Positions 12,801-24,864 of a stretch of 64,000 nucleotides of DNA are shown here, in pieces. The notes under the pieces were generated by a model that worked only from the letters and a program-made list of their open reading frames with translations, searched no databases and was not told the origin of the DNA. Within the stretch, counting starts at the first letter, position 1. Every line of letters begins with the position of its first letter. The stretch spans positions 227,273-291,272 of the forward strand of contig NIVC01000343.1 in NCBI GenBank assembly GCA_002269645.1, given 5' to 3'. The position numbers and the translations under genes were made by a program. This stretch comes from Macrostomum lignano (lineage: Eukaryota).

Positions 12801-15800
12801 AGAAATCCTCACAAACATGAAGAAATCCCAACAAACATGAAGAAATCCCCACAAACATGAAAAATCCCCACAAACATGAAGAAATCCCCACAAACATGAA
12901 GAAATCCCCAGAGACATGAAGAAATGCCCACAGACATGAAGAAATGCCCACAGACATGAAGAAATCCCCACAAACATGAAGAAATCCCAACAAACATGAA
13001 AAAATCCTCACAAACATGAAGAAATCCCTACAAACATGAAGAAATCCCCACAAACATGAAGAAATCCCTACAAACAGGAAGAAATCCCCACAAACAGGAA
13101 GAAATCCCCACAAACATGAAGAAATCCCCACAAACATGAAGAAATCTCTACAGACATGAAGAAATCCCAACAGACATGAAGAAATCCCCAGAGACATGAA
13201 GAAATCCCCACAAACAAGAAGCCCACAACCCTAACAACAATGCTCAGCCCACCTGAAATGCCTTAGAATCGGCCACATTGGCTAGGAAGTCGGCCAGCCC
13301 CAGCCAGAGCTCCAGGCACTGGCACAGCAGGTCGCAATTTCCGGCGTCGGCAGTCAGCCGGGTCAGCAGGTGCAGCGCCAGCTGTCTCTGCTGCTCATCC
13401 TGAGCGCCAAGCTCGGCCAGCATCGGCCGCAGGCAGTCCAGCGCCGGTCCCAGCCGATCCTCGGCACCGGACACCTGGCACAGGTGCGCCAGCCCGGCCA
13501 GAGATCGGCGCCGGACGCTGGAAAGAAAGGCGGGCCCGAGCGGCCGCTGACCGCCCGGCTGCAGCAAACCGGCCGCGGCCGACCAGGCCAGCTCGGCCAG
13601 CAGGCGCTCCGGATCGGCTGGCGAAGCGGCGTGCAGGGCCAGGTAGAACAGAAGGTCGCAGGCGGCCGGGGAGGCGGCCTCCAGGCACCAGCAGAGAGGC
13701 GAAGCGGCCAGAGCGGCAAGAAAGCGAGCGCAAGCGATGGCAGCGTCGGAATCGGCGGCCTGACCAATCAGGCAGCCTTGGAGGCGGCGAACAGCTTGGA
13801 CTGAATCCGGTGTCGCGACTTTCCTAGTCATTTCTTTAGTTCACCTTCACTTGTCTCTGTTTACTCCGTTTTCTCTCTCTCTGTCTAGCTCAATCTTGTT
13901 ATTCTTATCTCTCTCTCTCCCTTGCTGCCTTCTGATTGGTTCTCCATTCTCGCCTCTCTCTTCAGTCGCGCACTTCACCCCTCTCCTTATTATCTGGAGT
14001 CAACCCCCCTCTAAATTAGTCATATAAATATACTTGTTTGGGCCCTGCGCCCACTTACTGGCGTATCTTAGTATTCAATTTAACATCTAATTTAGTTCTA
14101 GTGTTTTTAGTCTTATTTTCTCTACATGGCGCCCAATGTATTTAACTCCAATTAAATATCTCATAATTCAATCGTTAGTTTTTTCTACATGGCGCCCAAT
14201 GAAAAATAATTCAGTCAATACAGTAAGGCTGGCAAAGGCCATGCCATCGTCGTAGTCGTAGCCCTACACCAGTCATCTCGTCATCCCGTCATCGACTCCT
14301 AATCGTCTCGTCTCTGCTTGCCGGCCTCTCAATCGTCTCGTTGCCGGCCTCTCAATCGTCTCGTCTCTGCTTGCCGGCTTCTCAATCGTCTCGTCTACCG
14401 GCCTCTCAATCGTCTCCTCTCTGGTTGCCGGCCTCTCAATCATCTCATCTCTGGTTGCCGGCCTCAATCGTCTCGTCTCTGGTTGCCGGCCTCTCAATCA
14501 TCTCGTCTCTGCTTGTCGGCCTCTCAATCGTCTCGTCTCTGGTTGCCGGCCTCTCAATCGTCTCGTTTCTGCTTGCCGGCCTCTCAATCGTCTCGTTGCC
14601 GGCCTCTCAATCGTCTCGTTGCCGGCCTCTCAATCGTCTCGTTGCCGGCCTCTCAATCGTCTCGTCTCTGGTTGCCGGCCTCAATCGTCTCGTCTCTGGT
14701 TGCCGGCCTCTCAATCGTCTCGTCTCTGGTTGCCGGCCTCTCAATCGTCTCGTCTGCCGGCCTCTCAATCGTCTCATCTCTGGTTGCCGGTCTCGTCTTC
14801 GGAGTCGGTGCCGGCAGCATATTCACATTTCAACTCGGGCTGTCGGTCTCGTCTTCGGAGTCGGTGCCGGCAGCATATTCGCATTTCAACTCGGGCTGTC
14901 GGTCTCGTCTTCGGAGTCGGTGCCGGCGGCATATTCACAATTCAACTCGGGCCGTCGTCACGTCTTCGGAGTCGGTGTCGGCAGTCAATCTCACCGGTTT
15001 TTGTCAAACTTTCTTCACTCGGTCCCCTCCTCTCTTGTCAGTGTCTCCAGTTGTCTCTAGTCGTCTCCAGTTGTTCTTTTCATCAACTTGATTCTCATCT
15101 CATCTCATCTCTCTCATCTCAGCTCTCTTACTCAACTGACAATGTTAATGTTTTCTCTAAACTGTACTAGCCATTTACAATTAAAAATTGCTAATTTTTA
15201 AGGGGGAGGGTGGATATATTCAGTCTTTTCAGTCTTCTCATTGGTTCAAAAACTACTCAATAAAAATCTAAGTTTAAAATTCGGTCTTAATATTTGCATT
15301 CGCTCTACTGTTTTTGTATTCAAATTCTTAGTCATTATGTATTTTTCAAATCGTTTTATACACCATTTATTGTGAATGTGTTTTTCAATTTAATTCGACC
15401 TAATTCTAACTCATTAATTTCAATTGGTAATGGTACTCGAAAATTCTTGCCGGCAACGACGAAAAATCTAAGTTTAAAATTCGGTCTTAATATTTGCATT
15501 CGCTCTACTGTTTTTGTATTCAAATTCTTAGTCATTATGTATTTTTCAAATCGTTTTATACACCATTTATTGTGAATGTGTTTTTCAATTTAATTCGACC
15601 TAATTCTAACTCATTAATTTCAATTGGTAATGGTACTCGAAAATTCAAAAAATGTTCCATTTTTTGGGGGGAGTGTCGCGACTTTCCTAGTCATTTCTTT
15701 AGTTCACCTTCACTTGTCTCTGTTTACTCCGTTTTCTCTCTCTCTGTCTAGCTCAATCTTGTTATTCTTATCTCTCTCTCTCCCTTGCTGCCTTCTGATT

Positions 15801-17492
15801 GGTTCTCCATTCTCGCCTCTCTCTTCAGTCGCGCACTTCACCCCTCTCCTTATTATCTGGAGTCAACCCCCCTCTAAATTAGTCATATAAATATACTTGT
15901 TTGGGCCCTGCGCCCACTTACTGGCGTATCTTAGTATTCAATTTAACATCTAATTTAGTTCTAGTGTTTTTAGTCTTATTTTCTCTACATCCGGACTTAC
16001 CTGGGCGAGTGAGTTGGATTGGCTTAGCAATTAGGATACACGGCGGCCGTGGACAGCAGCTGAGGATCTGGGAGGCTGGCCCAGCAACTGACACTCTGGG
16101 AGGCTGGTCCAGCAGCTGAGGATCTGGGAGGCTGGCCCAGCAACTGACACTCTGGGAGGCTGATCCAGAAGCTGAGGATCTGGGAGGCTGGCCCAGCAAC
16201 TGAGGATCTGGGAGGCTGGCCCAGCAGATGAGGATCTGGGAGGCTGGCCCAGCAGATGAGGATCTGGGAGGCTGGCCCAGCAACTGAGGATCTGGGAGGC
16301 TGCCCCACCAACTGCGGATCTGGGAGGCTGGCTCAGCAACTGAGGATCTGGGAGGCTGGCTCAGTAGCTGAGGATCTGGGAGGCCAGCTCAGCAACTGAG
16401 GATCTGGGAGGCTGGCTCAGCAACTGAGGATCTGGGAGGCTGGCTCAGCAACTGCGGATCTGGGAGGCTGGCTCAGCAACTGAGGATCTGGGAGGCTGCC
16501 CCACCAACTGCGGATCTGGGAGGCTGGCCCAGCAGATGAGGATCTGGGAGGCTGGCTCAGCAACTGAGGATCTGGGAGGCTGGCTCAGCAACTGAGAAGC
16601 TGGGAGGCTGGCTCAGCAACTGAGGATCTGGGAAGCTGGCTCAGCAACTGAGGATCTGGGAGGGCAAGCACCTGGTCAAGCAGCAGCTCGGGCAGCGGCA
16701 CAGGCGGCGGCTGCAACCTGGCACCCAAAGCCTGGCACAGCTGGGGCGTCAAGGCGGCCAGCCGCTCCGCTAGCCGGTCCGGCCGCTCATCGAGGGCAAC
16801 CTGCAGTAGGGAGGCGGCACAGCGGAGGCCGGTAGAGCCGGCTGGCTGGCACAGCAGAGACTCGGCCGAGTCCAGTAAAACTCCGGCCAGATGATCGCGA
16901 CCGTCCATGCGGCTCAGGTCGGCCAACACCTGCGGTGAAGTAGTTGGCGCACTTCTGATTGAGTCTTTATTAGCGAGTAGCATTAAGCTGGTCGCAGAGG
17001 GTATTGTTTATGAGTGCTGTGCCTGCGTACAGCATTGGCGCACTTGCATGTACTCAGGAGTCAGCGGAATGGGCAGAACTGCCGTCAGGGACGAAGTCGC
17101 CGAAGGCGTTGCGCCAGGATGCCCGCAACACTTGAGATACGAGATTCAGCAAAACTTCCCACCTTGGCAGTTTTATTAACTAGAAAAGCTGGCGATCTGG
17201 CATCGGACAAGCTGGCCAGCGCCGATGCCAGCAGCTGTGCCAGCCGATGCCGACGCTCGCCACCAGCGGCAGCGAGTCGGCGCTCCAGCACACCTAGACA
17301 ATGGTAGTGCACCCAGTCTGAGCAGCCGCTGTCGCTGCTGGCAGCCGACTCTACAAATGCCAGGCAGAGATCGCAGCTGTCTGGCCGCTGTTCAAATGAT
17401 TCCAGCAGCCTCCCATTGGCGGCGGCATTGACGCCGCTATAGAATTCGTGGATAACGCTAGCCAAGTGCTCGGCTGAGGCTATCTCAGACAT
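5735..17492 (-). CDS. XPO6: Exportin-6 homolog, 9 exons, about 995 aa; exon 3 is interrupted by an LTR element
   Basis: Exons 17492-17163, 16929-16672, [16000-15990 + 13805-13253], 12103-11909, 11145-10767, 10624-10401, 8649-8266, 7290-7084, 6181-5735; all GT-AG and phase-consistent. Motifs match recalled XPO6: SVIHEFYS (cf. SLMTEFFH), LVNKTAKV (IRNKLCKV), SQFRANQNFLDGLDD (IQFRYNQAQLEELDD), LHCALRDL (LHCSLRDL), HWPLFF (NWRYFF). Confidence 0.88.
6560..7030 (+). repeat. (AGAC)n microsatellite in XPO6 intron 8
   Basis: Directly visible. Confidence 0.95.
7400..8227 (+). repeat. 25-bp minisatellite (CATTCATTCCGCTACTGTCTGTCTT)n in XPO6 intron 7
   Basis: About 33 tandem units; the three long ORFs here are artefacts. 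Confidence 0.95.
8770..10205 (+). repeat. 20-bp minisatellite (GGGGCTTTAGCCAGAACCAA)n in XPO6 intron 6
   Basis: About 70 units with two variant types (ccag/ttg) and periodic GGGGCTTA insertions. Confidence 0.95.
11165..11830 (+). repeat. Degenerating GATCTAATGACTTTCTAAT repeat in XPO6 intron 4
   Basis: Perfect 19-bp units grade into diverged units. Confidence 0.9.
12210..13215 (+). repeat. 20-bp minisatellite (AAACATGAAGAAATCCCCAC)n in XPO6 intron 3
   Basis: Directly visible tandem units. Confidence 0.95.
13811..15989 (+). mobile_element. Non-autonomous LTR retroelement (TRIM/LARD-like), 2179 bp, with apparently identical 316-bp LTRs
   Basis: LTRs at 13811-14126 and 15674-15989 (TG...CA). 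5-bp TSD TCCGG at 13806-13810 and 15990-15994. PBS TGGCGCCCAA at 14127 (tRNA-Lys(CUU)-type); PPT GGGGGGAG before the 3' LTR. Interior has no gag/pol, only tandem repeats and a ~200-bp duplication. Confidence 0.95.
16055..16662 (+). repeat. 28-bp minisatellite (CTGAGGATCTGGGAGGCTGGCTCAGCAA)n in XPO6 intron 2
   Basis: Tandem units begin within about 10 bp of the exon 2 donor. Confidence 0.95.
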
Positions 17493-18253
17493 TTGCTTTC
17501 AGATTGGATCGATATTGGGACTGGACAGGTAACTACTAACTTACAAGCATGCAAGTAACATAGGACCTACGATTTCAGTAACAATAATATCAATAGTGAT
17601 ACTTCTATATGCTCAAATGATTAAATGTTAGAGATGGACTGGATTTCGATTTCAATTTTGAATTTCCAAAAATTGACATAAAAATTGGGCCATGATAACT
17701 TCAATTTCAATTTCAAATTTCAGAAAAAATCAAGTTTTTTCCCTAATTTTAAGCAAATTTTGTGCATAAGACGTGTGGAGAAAGAGAAGAAGAGGTGCCA
17801 CAAAATAATGTCATAAGGATTTATGACAATTATAAAAACATTCATTGGGAAAGGGATTAAGGACAGAGAGAGAGAGAGAGAGAGAAAGGATAAAGAAGGG
17901 ATAAAGAGAAGGAAAAGGGACAGCAAACTCTTAGACTTAAAAAAAACACAAAGAACCAAAGTGCCAACACAATATGTAGTTGTGACTGTCAACTGACACA
18001 GCTATCCACTAATTAAACTTTATTCCCTATCGACTGAAAATGACTTCAAATTCATTTTTTGTCTATGAAGATTTCCTACAATTTGGCTTTTAAGTTTATA
18101 GTTTTTAGTAGATGGGAATTCCCTCATAGGCTAAACAAAGTGTCTAGCATGTCAATAAGCAAGAACCCTTTATCCCATCCCTGCTTTTATTAGTTACCAG
18201 TTTATCTATTTCTTAGATAGTCTATCTACGAGCGTAATATCTATATATCTAAG

Positions 18254-18548
18254 CATACATGCGCAACCTTCAAAATTCGGTCGGCCATGCGACTTAGTTT
18301 TAACAAAAATGCGACATAGTTTTTGGCCAAAAATGCAAATTACATGTAAAAAAACACTAATGCAAAATCAACACAACTTTGGGTAAACGGCAGGGGTAAC
18401 TAGAACTGTCTTATTAGATCAAAATGCCTCGTCAGCTACTTAGTGCTACTACTTTGGTATTTTTCGGGTGGGCATTTTTGCGACTTCCTTGATTGGCCGC
18501 CAAATCGGTCGGCCGCCAGCTGACTTGGCCAACTGTTGCGCATGTATG
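18254..18548. mobile_element. hAT-type MITE, 295 bp
   Basis: 14-bp perfect TIR CATACATGCGCAAC / GTTGCGCATGTATG; 8-bp flanks TATCTAAG / TGTCTAAG (1 mismatch). Confidence 0.65.
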
Positions 18549-19064
18549 TGTCTAAGGTTGTTTGCAATTTAAGTTATATACCCTTTTCAATAATTGGCTA
18601 TATAATGTCACAAATTTAGTTTGGTAACTTTAAATTTCTAGCCTTAGAGGAAGACCAAATCTAGCTTAGCCAATGAAAAAGCAGTGAGAAGAGGTCAAAG
18701 TTAGATAAAAGCAAGCAAAAATTCTAATTATTTGTTAGCTAAGCTAGCAGCTAGGGTATTACCTTTTTTCTTTTTTATTATGCTGATTTACAAAAAGGTT
18801 TTTTATTTTTTAGGCCTAGCAACTTCTAATAATTCATGCAAAAAGTTGAATCAAAATTAATGAGCACTTCAACAAAATTTGATAATGAATTGCTTTTTTA
18901 GGTAAATCATGACATAAACTAAATCATACATCTAAATCAAAAATCTAGAGTATAGACAAATAGTAGTTTTTGTTGAGTCAAGTTTCATTTCCTTGGGTTG
19001 AGTAGGGCTTAGTTTGCCGTGAGTTGAATAACTTTCAAGTTTTTGTAAATGCCAGAGGAACTGG

Positions 19065-19374
19065 CTAAGGTAGAACTTCGGGCCACTTCTGCAGCTTTTT
19101 TGACGTAGAAGTGGTGGCCCACAAAGCCCTCTGTTTTGTTAACAACAACCAAGAACTTAAGGGAAGCCGCGTCCACATCTGCTCCAACTCCTTATCGTTG
19201 CTCCTTGCCTTAGAAACTGGCCCCCTCAACCAAAGGACGAGCTCAGGAATGGAATGCTGGTGCAAAATCATCAAACTCTATAAGATGACCACCGTCAACT
19301 TTGCATGGGTCCTGGTCCACTGCGGCATTGATCTTAACGAGGCAGCAGACCACGCCGCTGGTGCGGCGCCATAA
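19065..19374 (+). pseudogene. Degraded non-LTR retrotransposon RNase H fragment
   Basis: VHICSNSLSLLLAL ... VNFAWVLVHCGIDLNEAADHAA resembles the I.SDSLSAL.AL ... WVPGH.GI.GNEAAD.AA motif of LINE RNase H; catalytic residues are eroded. Confidence 0.7.
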
Positions 19375-19657
19375 ACTTACTTTAGGCTCTAGTAAACTTG
19401 CTTTAGTTTGCTTGTTTAGGTAATCCTTTAATTTCCCACTCTAGTCTTTAGGAGTCTAGGCCCTAAATTATTTAAACCCCTTTTTGAACTTTTCAGAGTC
19501 CAACAAGCTCAGAGTTCTTACAAGAGTTTAGTAGTAGTAGTAGGGCCTAGTAGTGTTATCTAGTAGAGGATATTGCTGAAGTGCTAATGGGGGAAATCTT
19601 GGTGCCACATGAACTCCTACAAGTATGTTTCAAACAAATTATCACTGGTTCCATACA

Positions 19658-22600
19658 CAGGGGCGTAGCGAGGGGGGTATCGGTGTATCAGCCGATACCC
19701 CCAAATTTCCAAAGCAAAAATTTTTTTATTTACTTTTTTTAGTTGCAAGTGACTGTTAAGGAAGAGAAAGGTATCCGAATCGATAGAATAACAATTAACA
19801 AACGAATAGAGTGATTATATGTAATAGTATCATTAATAGCTTGTATGCATTAGAAAAACATTAAGGCCTAAGGGGATGTGTGGATCTCAAGTCATTTCAT
19901 TGCTTTCTTTGTACTCGTATAACTTGGTCCTTGGACAACTATCAACTATCAACTCATTCTCCCAACCGACCAACCGACTATTAAGGGGTGAGGGGGTGAA
20001 TGGATAACCGAGGGGGTGGGACTGGGGCGTGGCCCGTGGGCAGTCTGCCAGCTGAGCCAGTGGAATCAGTGATGAACGATGGGGTGGGTTGCCTGGCCAG
20101 TTTTTGCTGCAAAATGCATTAGCTTCTGAATTGTTTGAAAGAAGTCTGTCTTGAATTAACTAGAAAATAAAATTCAGGGGCCAGGGGATGAAGGGTATAT
20201 TATGTACATAGGAGAGAACTAGAACTAGAAGGAAAGAAGGAGGAACTAAATAGGCATGTACATTAAGAAAGACTAAGATGAGCATCTACGTCTGCCTGCT
20301 GACCCCACCATCCTGAGAAGACTAAAAAGGGGAAGGAATAAGGAAAGAATTAACTATAACCTCGCCTCCTCCAAGCCATTTATTCTAAGGCCATAAAGCC
20401 ATTTATTCTAAATCTAAGGCAGATTTTTTTATTTCTGGACTGCTACTAAAGTCTGCAAAATAGTTCATGTGGAATTCAAAATGAGCAAGCGAAAATCTCA
20501 TGGTCATGATATCCGCTCATTATTTGAGAACTTAAAGCGGTCCCACCCTAACCCTGATCCTGCGCTACTGTCTACGCCTAGTTCTAGCACTACACAGCCA
20601 GATTCATCTATTGTGTCTTGTGACATTGCTACTGGCAGTTTGCCCGACTTGGCTACTCCGAATTTAGTTCCAACAGCTCCCGAGCAATAACTGCAAGCTA
20701 CTATTACTTCTTCAAGTCAGTTTGATGAGTCTGATCTCCAACATCAAGCAGATGAAGCAGCTGCTGAGACTGAGATCAATGTCAATGACATCGGCTATGC
20801 TGTTGAGCTTTGTCGCAATGGAAAGCTGGATTCAGCTACTCGACTGCGATTCCTTAAGGACTGTTGGGTGCCCCCACAAGGGTACTCATTCCCATTCACG
20901 CTTAAATCTGATAAGGGCAATGTCCACAAGCACTACTTGTCTCACCAACATCTAACTGGTCGCAATGCATGCTTTGCGTATTCTGCTAAGCTCGGCGGCG
21001 TATTTTGCAAGTAAGTTAGAAGTTAATGTGAGTTTATTGATGTATTGCTAAATTGTACTCTTGACATCTAGATCTGGTCTTGAGGTACATGTATGGACCA
21101 CAGATACTAGAACAACTCTAGTATCTAGTATCTAGTATCTAGCATTCTAGTATCTGTGGTATGGACTTAATGCTCACTCCTACCATTCTAACCATTTCTT
21201 TCTCTTTTAGGTATTGCGTTCTATTTCTTCCGACCAACTTTGCCATCCATGGACAAACAGTTGATGCCTTTGTGGGAACTCCATGCACTAAGTTGGATGT
21301 CATCACAACAAAGCTGAAGAAACATTTGCAATGTGACTACCATAGAAGTGACTCTATGATCAAAGCCGATGCCCTGCTATCTGGAACGAATGTTGGCCAC
21401 ATGCTGGATGTCAGTTGCGCAAAGCTAGTGAAGGAAAATAGGGAAAGACTAAAACAAGTAATTGAACCAATTGAATTTCTCGCTCGCTGTGGTCTGGCTT
21501 TTCGAGGACATTGTGACTGTGGACCTATAAAAGTTCATCCAGATGGAACTATTAACTATGATAAAGGGAACTTCGTCGCGCTTCTGCAGCTTCTCGCAAA
21601 ACATGATCCTATTCTATGTGAACACATTTGCACTGGACCATCAAAGGCCAATTACACTTCCAGTGAATCACAGAATGAAATAATTCAGGCTCTGTCTGAT
21701 GTTATCACCCAAGATTTAGTAAAAAAAATCAACAAAGCAGGCTACTTTGCGCTGCTTGCAGATGAGACTACGGATTCTTCGCACAAGGAACAGATGTCCA
21801 TCTGTGTTAGGTACCTCGACATCAGTGATGGAAGTGTAGCTATTCACGGAGAGTTCATATGCTTTGTTCACGTTGAAGATTTGACTGGTATTGGGCTTGC
21901 AACAAAGCTTCTCGAGATGCTCGATTCTCTCCATATTACAGCACAACTTGTTGCTCAAGGCTATGATGGAGCTTCAGCCATGTCTGGCAAGTTCAATGGC
22001 ATTCAGGCAGTGATTCGCGAGCAGCTGGGAAGAAAACTAGCAATCTATGTGCACTGTGCTGCGCATAATCTAAACCTGTCCCTGCAGGATGCTTGTAAGC
22101 TAGATTCAGTTTGTGCCGCTATTACTGCTGTTAATACAGTCACAGTCTTCATTCGTTCATCACCGCAAAGAACAGCACTGCTTGAAAAAATCAAAGAGCT
22201 GGTTCCGGAGTCATCTGTGCATCAACTTCTACAGCACTGCAAGACCAGATGGGTTGAGAAGCAGGAGGCTTTCATCCGATTCAACCTGCTCTTCCCAGCA
22301 ATCATTGAAACTCTAGAGGAGATCAGCACATGGGGAGGAGAGGCAGGCAGCAATGCTCGAAACAACCTCAAACTTTTGCTAGACAGCGAATATGTTATTG
22401 CAGGCCACATCATTGATGCCATTCTCACCATCACCAAGCCATTATCAGAGAAATTGCAGTGTGTAGATCTCAATCTTGTTGATTGTGTCAATGAAATTAA
22501 GGCTGTCATCGATGTTCTTCGAGATCTCCGCTCTGATGATGGCCATGTCCATTACAATAAGATATTCGATTCTGCTGAGAAAGCACTCGGCGAGCCACTA

Positions 22601-23725
22601 CAAAAGCCTCGAACCAGTGCCAGGTGTCGACAGAAGCATCGTGCCAACCCCAATGTCTCCACGGCACGTGATTACTTCCGCATAGCAATGTGCAATCCAT
22701 TCCTGGATGGGATAATTGCTACTCTTGAGGAGCGCTTCAGTTCTCATGCGCAGCTTGCATTCCAGATGGCACGACTGCTTCCTCAGAGTGTTGTTGACAA
22801 AAGTTTTGACAGCGTGAAGAAATCGATAGAAATTTACATCGGACAGTTACGAGGATTAAGCTTTGTGGACGACATCGAGGCTGAATTCTTGCTATGGAAA
22901 AAGTGCTGGCAGAATGTCGATCAAAAGGACAGACCGCGAAGTGTGCTCGAGACGTTGGTAAATTCAGCTGTTAGCCTCCAGAGCTTTCCTAACATCCGGT
23001 TTCTACTACAAGTTCTGGCGACGATTCCTGTCACCACTGCAACTGCTGAGCGATCATTCAGTCAGCTTTGTCCACTAAAGTTGTACCTACGTTCTACAAT
23101 GGGACAGGAGCGACTGACAGGATTGGCCCAGCTTCTAATCCACAAGGACATGAAGCTGGACATTGATAAAGTTATTGATCAGTTCGTACAGAATGGGTAT
23201 TGTAGAATTGATCTGTAAGTACAAAGTTAAACTTTTAGACAGCAAGTTTTGATAGGCCTAGATTGAGCATGCGTAACATACATAACTAATCACAATACGA
23301 GTAGAAGATTACATGTACATTAAATGTAATAATATAGGAACAAAAACCAAACTAATACAGTAAGAGCTTGTGCATACTATTATATTCTCTATTAATCAAA
23401 ATGCTATAAGTAAGCTATACTTAGTATTCTACATTTATACTTCTTGTATTGTCCCATATGATGTAAATGTGAAATATGGAATATGGAAGGTTGGTCACTG
23501 CGTTATTTGCTTGGAAAAGTGTTGGTGATTTGATAGAAGTTGAAATAATTTTGTTTTTTCTTGCTTTACGAATATGAATTACGAGTATATATGCATATAC
23601 AAATATGTACACTAAAAGTCGTTTTATGAATTAAGCCAAGCCGGAAAAATGCACATGTAATGAGTGAAAGTAGACTGATAACAGCTAACCAATACCCCCA
23701 AAAAAAAATCCTGGCTACGCCCCTG
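19658..23725 (+). mobile_element. Full-length hAT DNA transposon (ZMYM1/P52rIPK-like transposase group), 4068 bp
   Basis: TIR CAGGGGCGTAGC(G/C)AGG at both ends; 8-bp TSD TCCATACA / TCCATGCA; encloses the transposase gene. Confidence 0.93.
20481..23218 (+). CDS. hAT transposase, 2 exons (20481-21010, 21211-23218), one in-frame TAA at 20688
   Basis: TTF-type zinc finger spans the phase-2 intron (VFCK|YCVLF). Motifs LAFRGH, LADETTDSSHKEQ (D), QGYDGA (D), HCAAH (CxxH), TRW and TAERSFS (E), plus the C-terminal hATC dimerisation motif LRSTMGQERLTGLA. Confidence 0.9.
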
Positions 23726-24089
23726 TCCATGCATAGTTAAAAACTTGGCTTTGCAGTTGCCCCACATTCCCTCTATAGTTTTCATGCATTGACTTTAGCT
23801 ACAGAGATGATAGATTGTGGCATTGGAGGTCAGCCAGCCATACTGGTAGTAGTTGAAAGTTCAAAAAGGGGTTTAAATAATTTAGAGTGGGAAACCAAGG
23901 ATTGCCAAAATTTGGTGTAAAATATTTTAACACAGAAAATTAAGATATTGTGAATTAGAAGAGGAACAGAACCAAAAAACCAAGTTTATGTCAGAAGGCA
24001 TTACTTTTTACTTTTAGGCCTAGGCTTATTGTGATATATAATAGTAAATAAAATAGCATGAAGATCAATTTTTAATAAAGTTATATAAA

Positions 24090-24864
24090 AGGCAATGCTT
24101 ATTTAGCCGGCACTGGCTAAATAAGTTTGCTACTATTTAGCCAGCAGTCCTGCCCTATTGCCGGTCAAATAAGCTCGTCACTATTTAGCCGGCAGTCCTA
24201 CCCCACTGCCAGTCGAATAAGCTCGTCACTATTTAGCCAGCAATCCTGCCCCATTGCCAGTCAGTCAAATAAGCTTGTCACTATTTAGCCGGCAATCCTG
24301 GTCCTCCATGGCCATGCCATTATATATATTTATTCAAGATATTTAAACTTTGGGAAATACAAAGTAGGTACAGCGAATATAAATTAATGCAGATTCAGTA
24401 CAATTTATTACTTGCCTTCAAGTTTGTTTACTTGGTTCTAGACTAGAATTCTTGCATATTCCAGAAATTATTTGTAGCAGCAGAAGACACCTAAACAAAT
24501 TAAAAATTAACTATGCATGTTTTACTTTCACTTTAATCTCTGAATCAAAACCACTCATTAAAGCCAAAAAACACTGCAAACACCTTTATCGAAAAACTCC
24601 AAAATTGTTGTATAAATAATTAGCTTGTAGTATGTTAAATTATTAATTTAAGGTCATGACAAGCAGTGCGCAGTTATAAAATGTATAAATGTATTTTGAC
24701 CAGCATGTTCATTGGGGGCCAGGACTGCCAGCTAAATAGTGACGCGATTATTTGACCGGCAGTGGGGCAGGACTGCCGACTAATTAGTGACGCACTTATT
24801 TGACCGGTGCCGGCTAAATAGTAGCGAACTTATTCGACCAGTGCCGGCTAAATAAGCACTGCCT
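24090..24864. mobile_element. Foldback/MITE-like element with internally repeated inverted arms
   Basis: AGGCAATGCTTATTTAGCCGGCACTGG at the left and its near-perfect reverse complement at the right; CTATTTAGCCGGCAGTCC subunits repeat in opposite orientation at each end; AT-rich core. Confidence 0.7.

Noticed and set aside
15918-16339. Extra XPO6 exon ending at 16001 in phase 1 (…PIQLTRP)
   Set aside because: The pre-insertion intron would be only 16 nt, and the sequence upstream of 16001 looks like a branch point plus pyrimidine tract, so 16001 is better read as the original acceptor. Not fully excluded.
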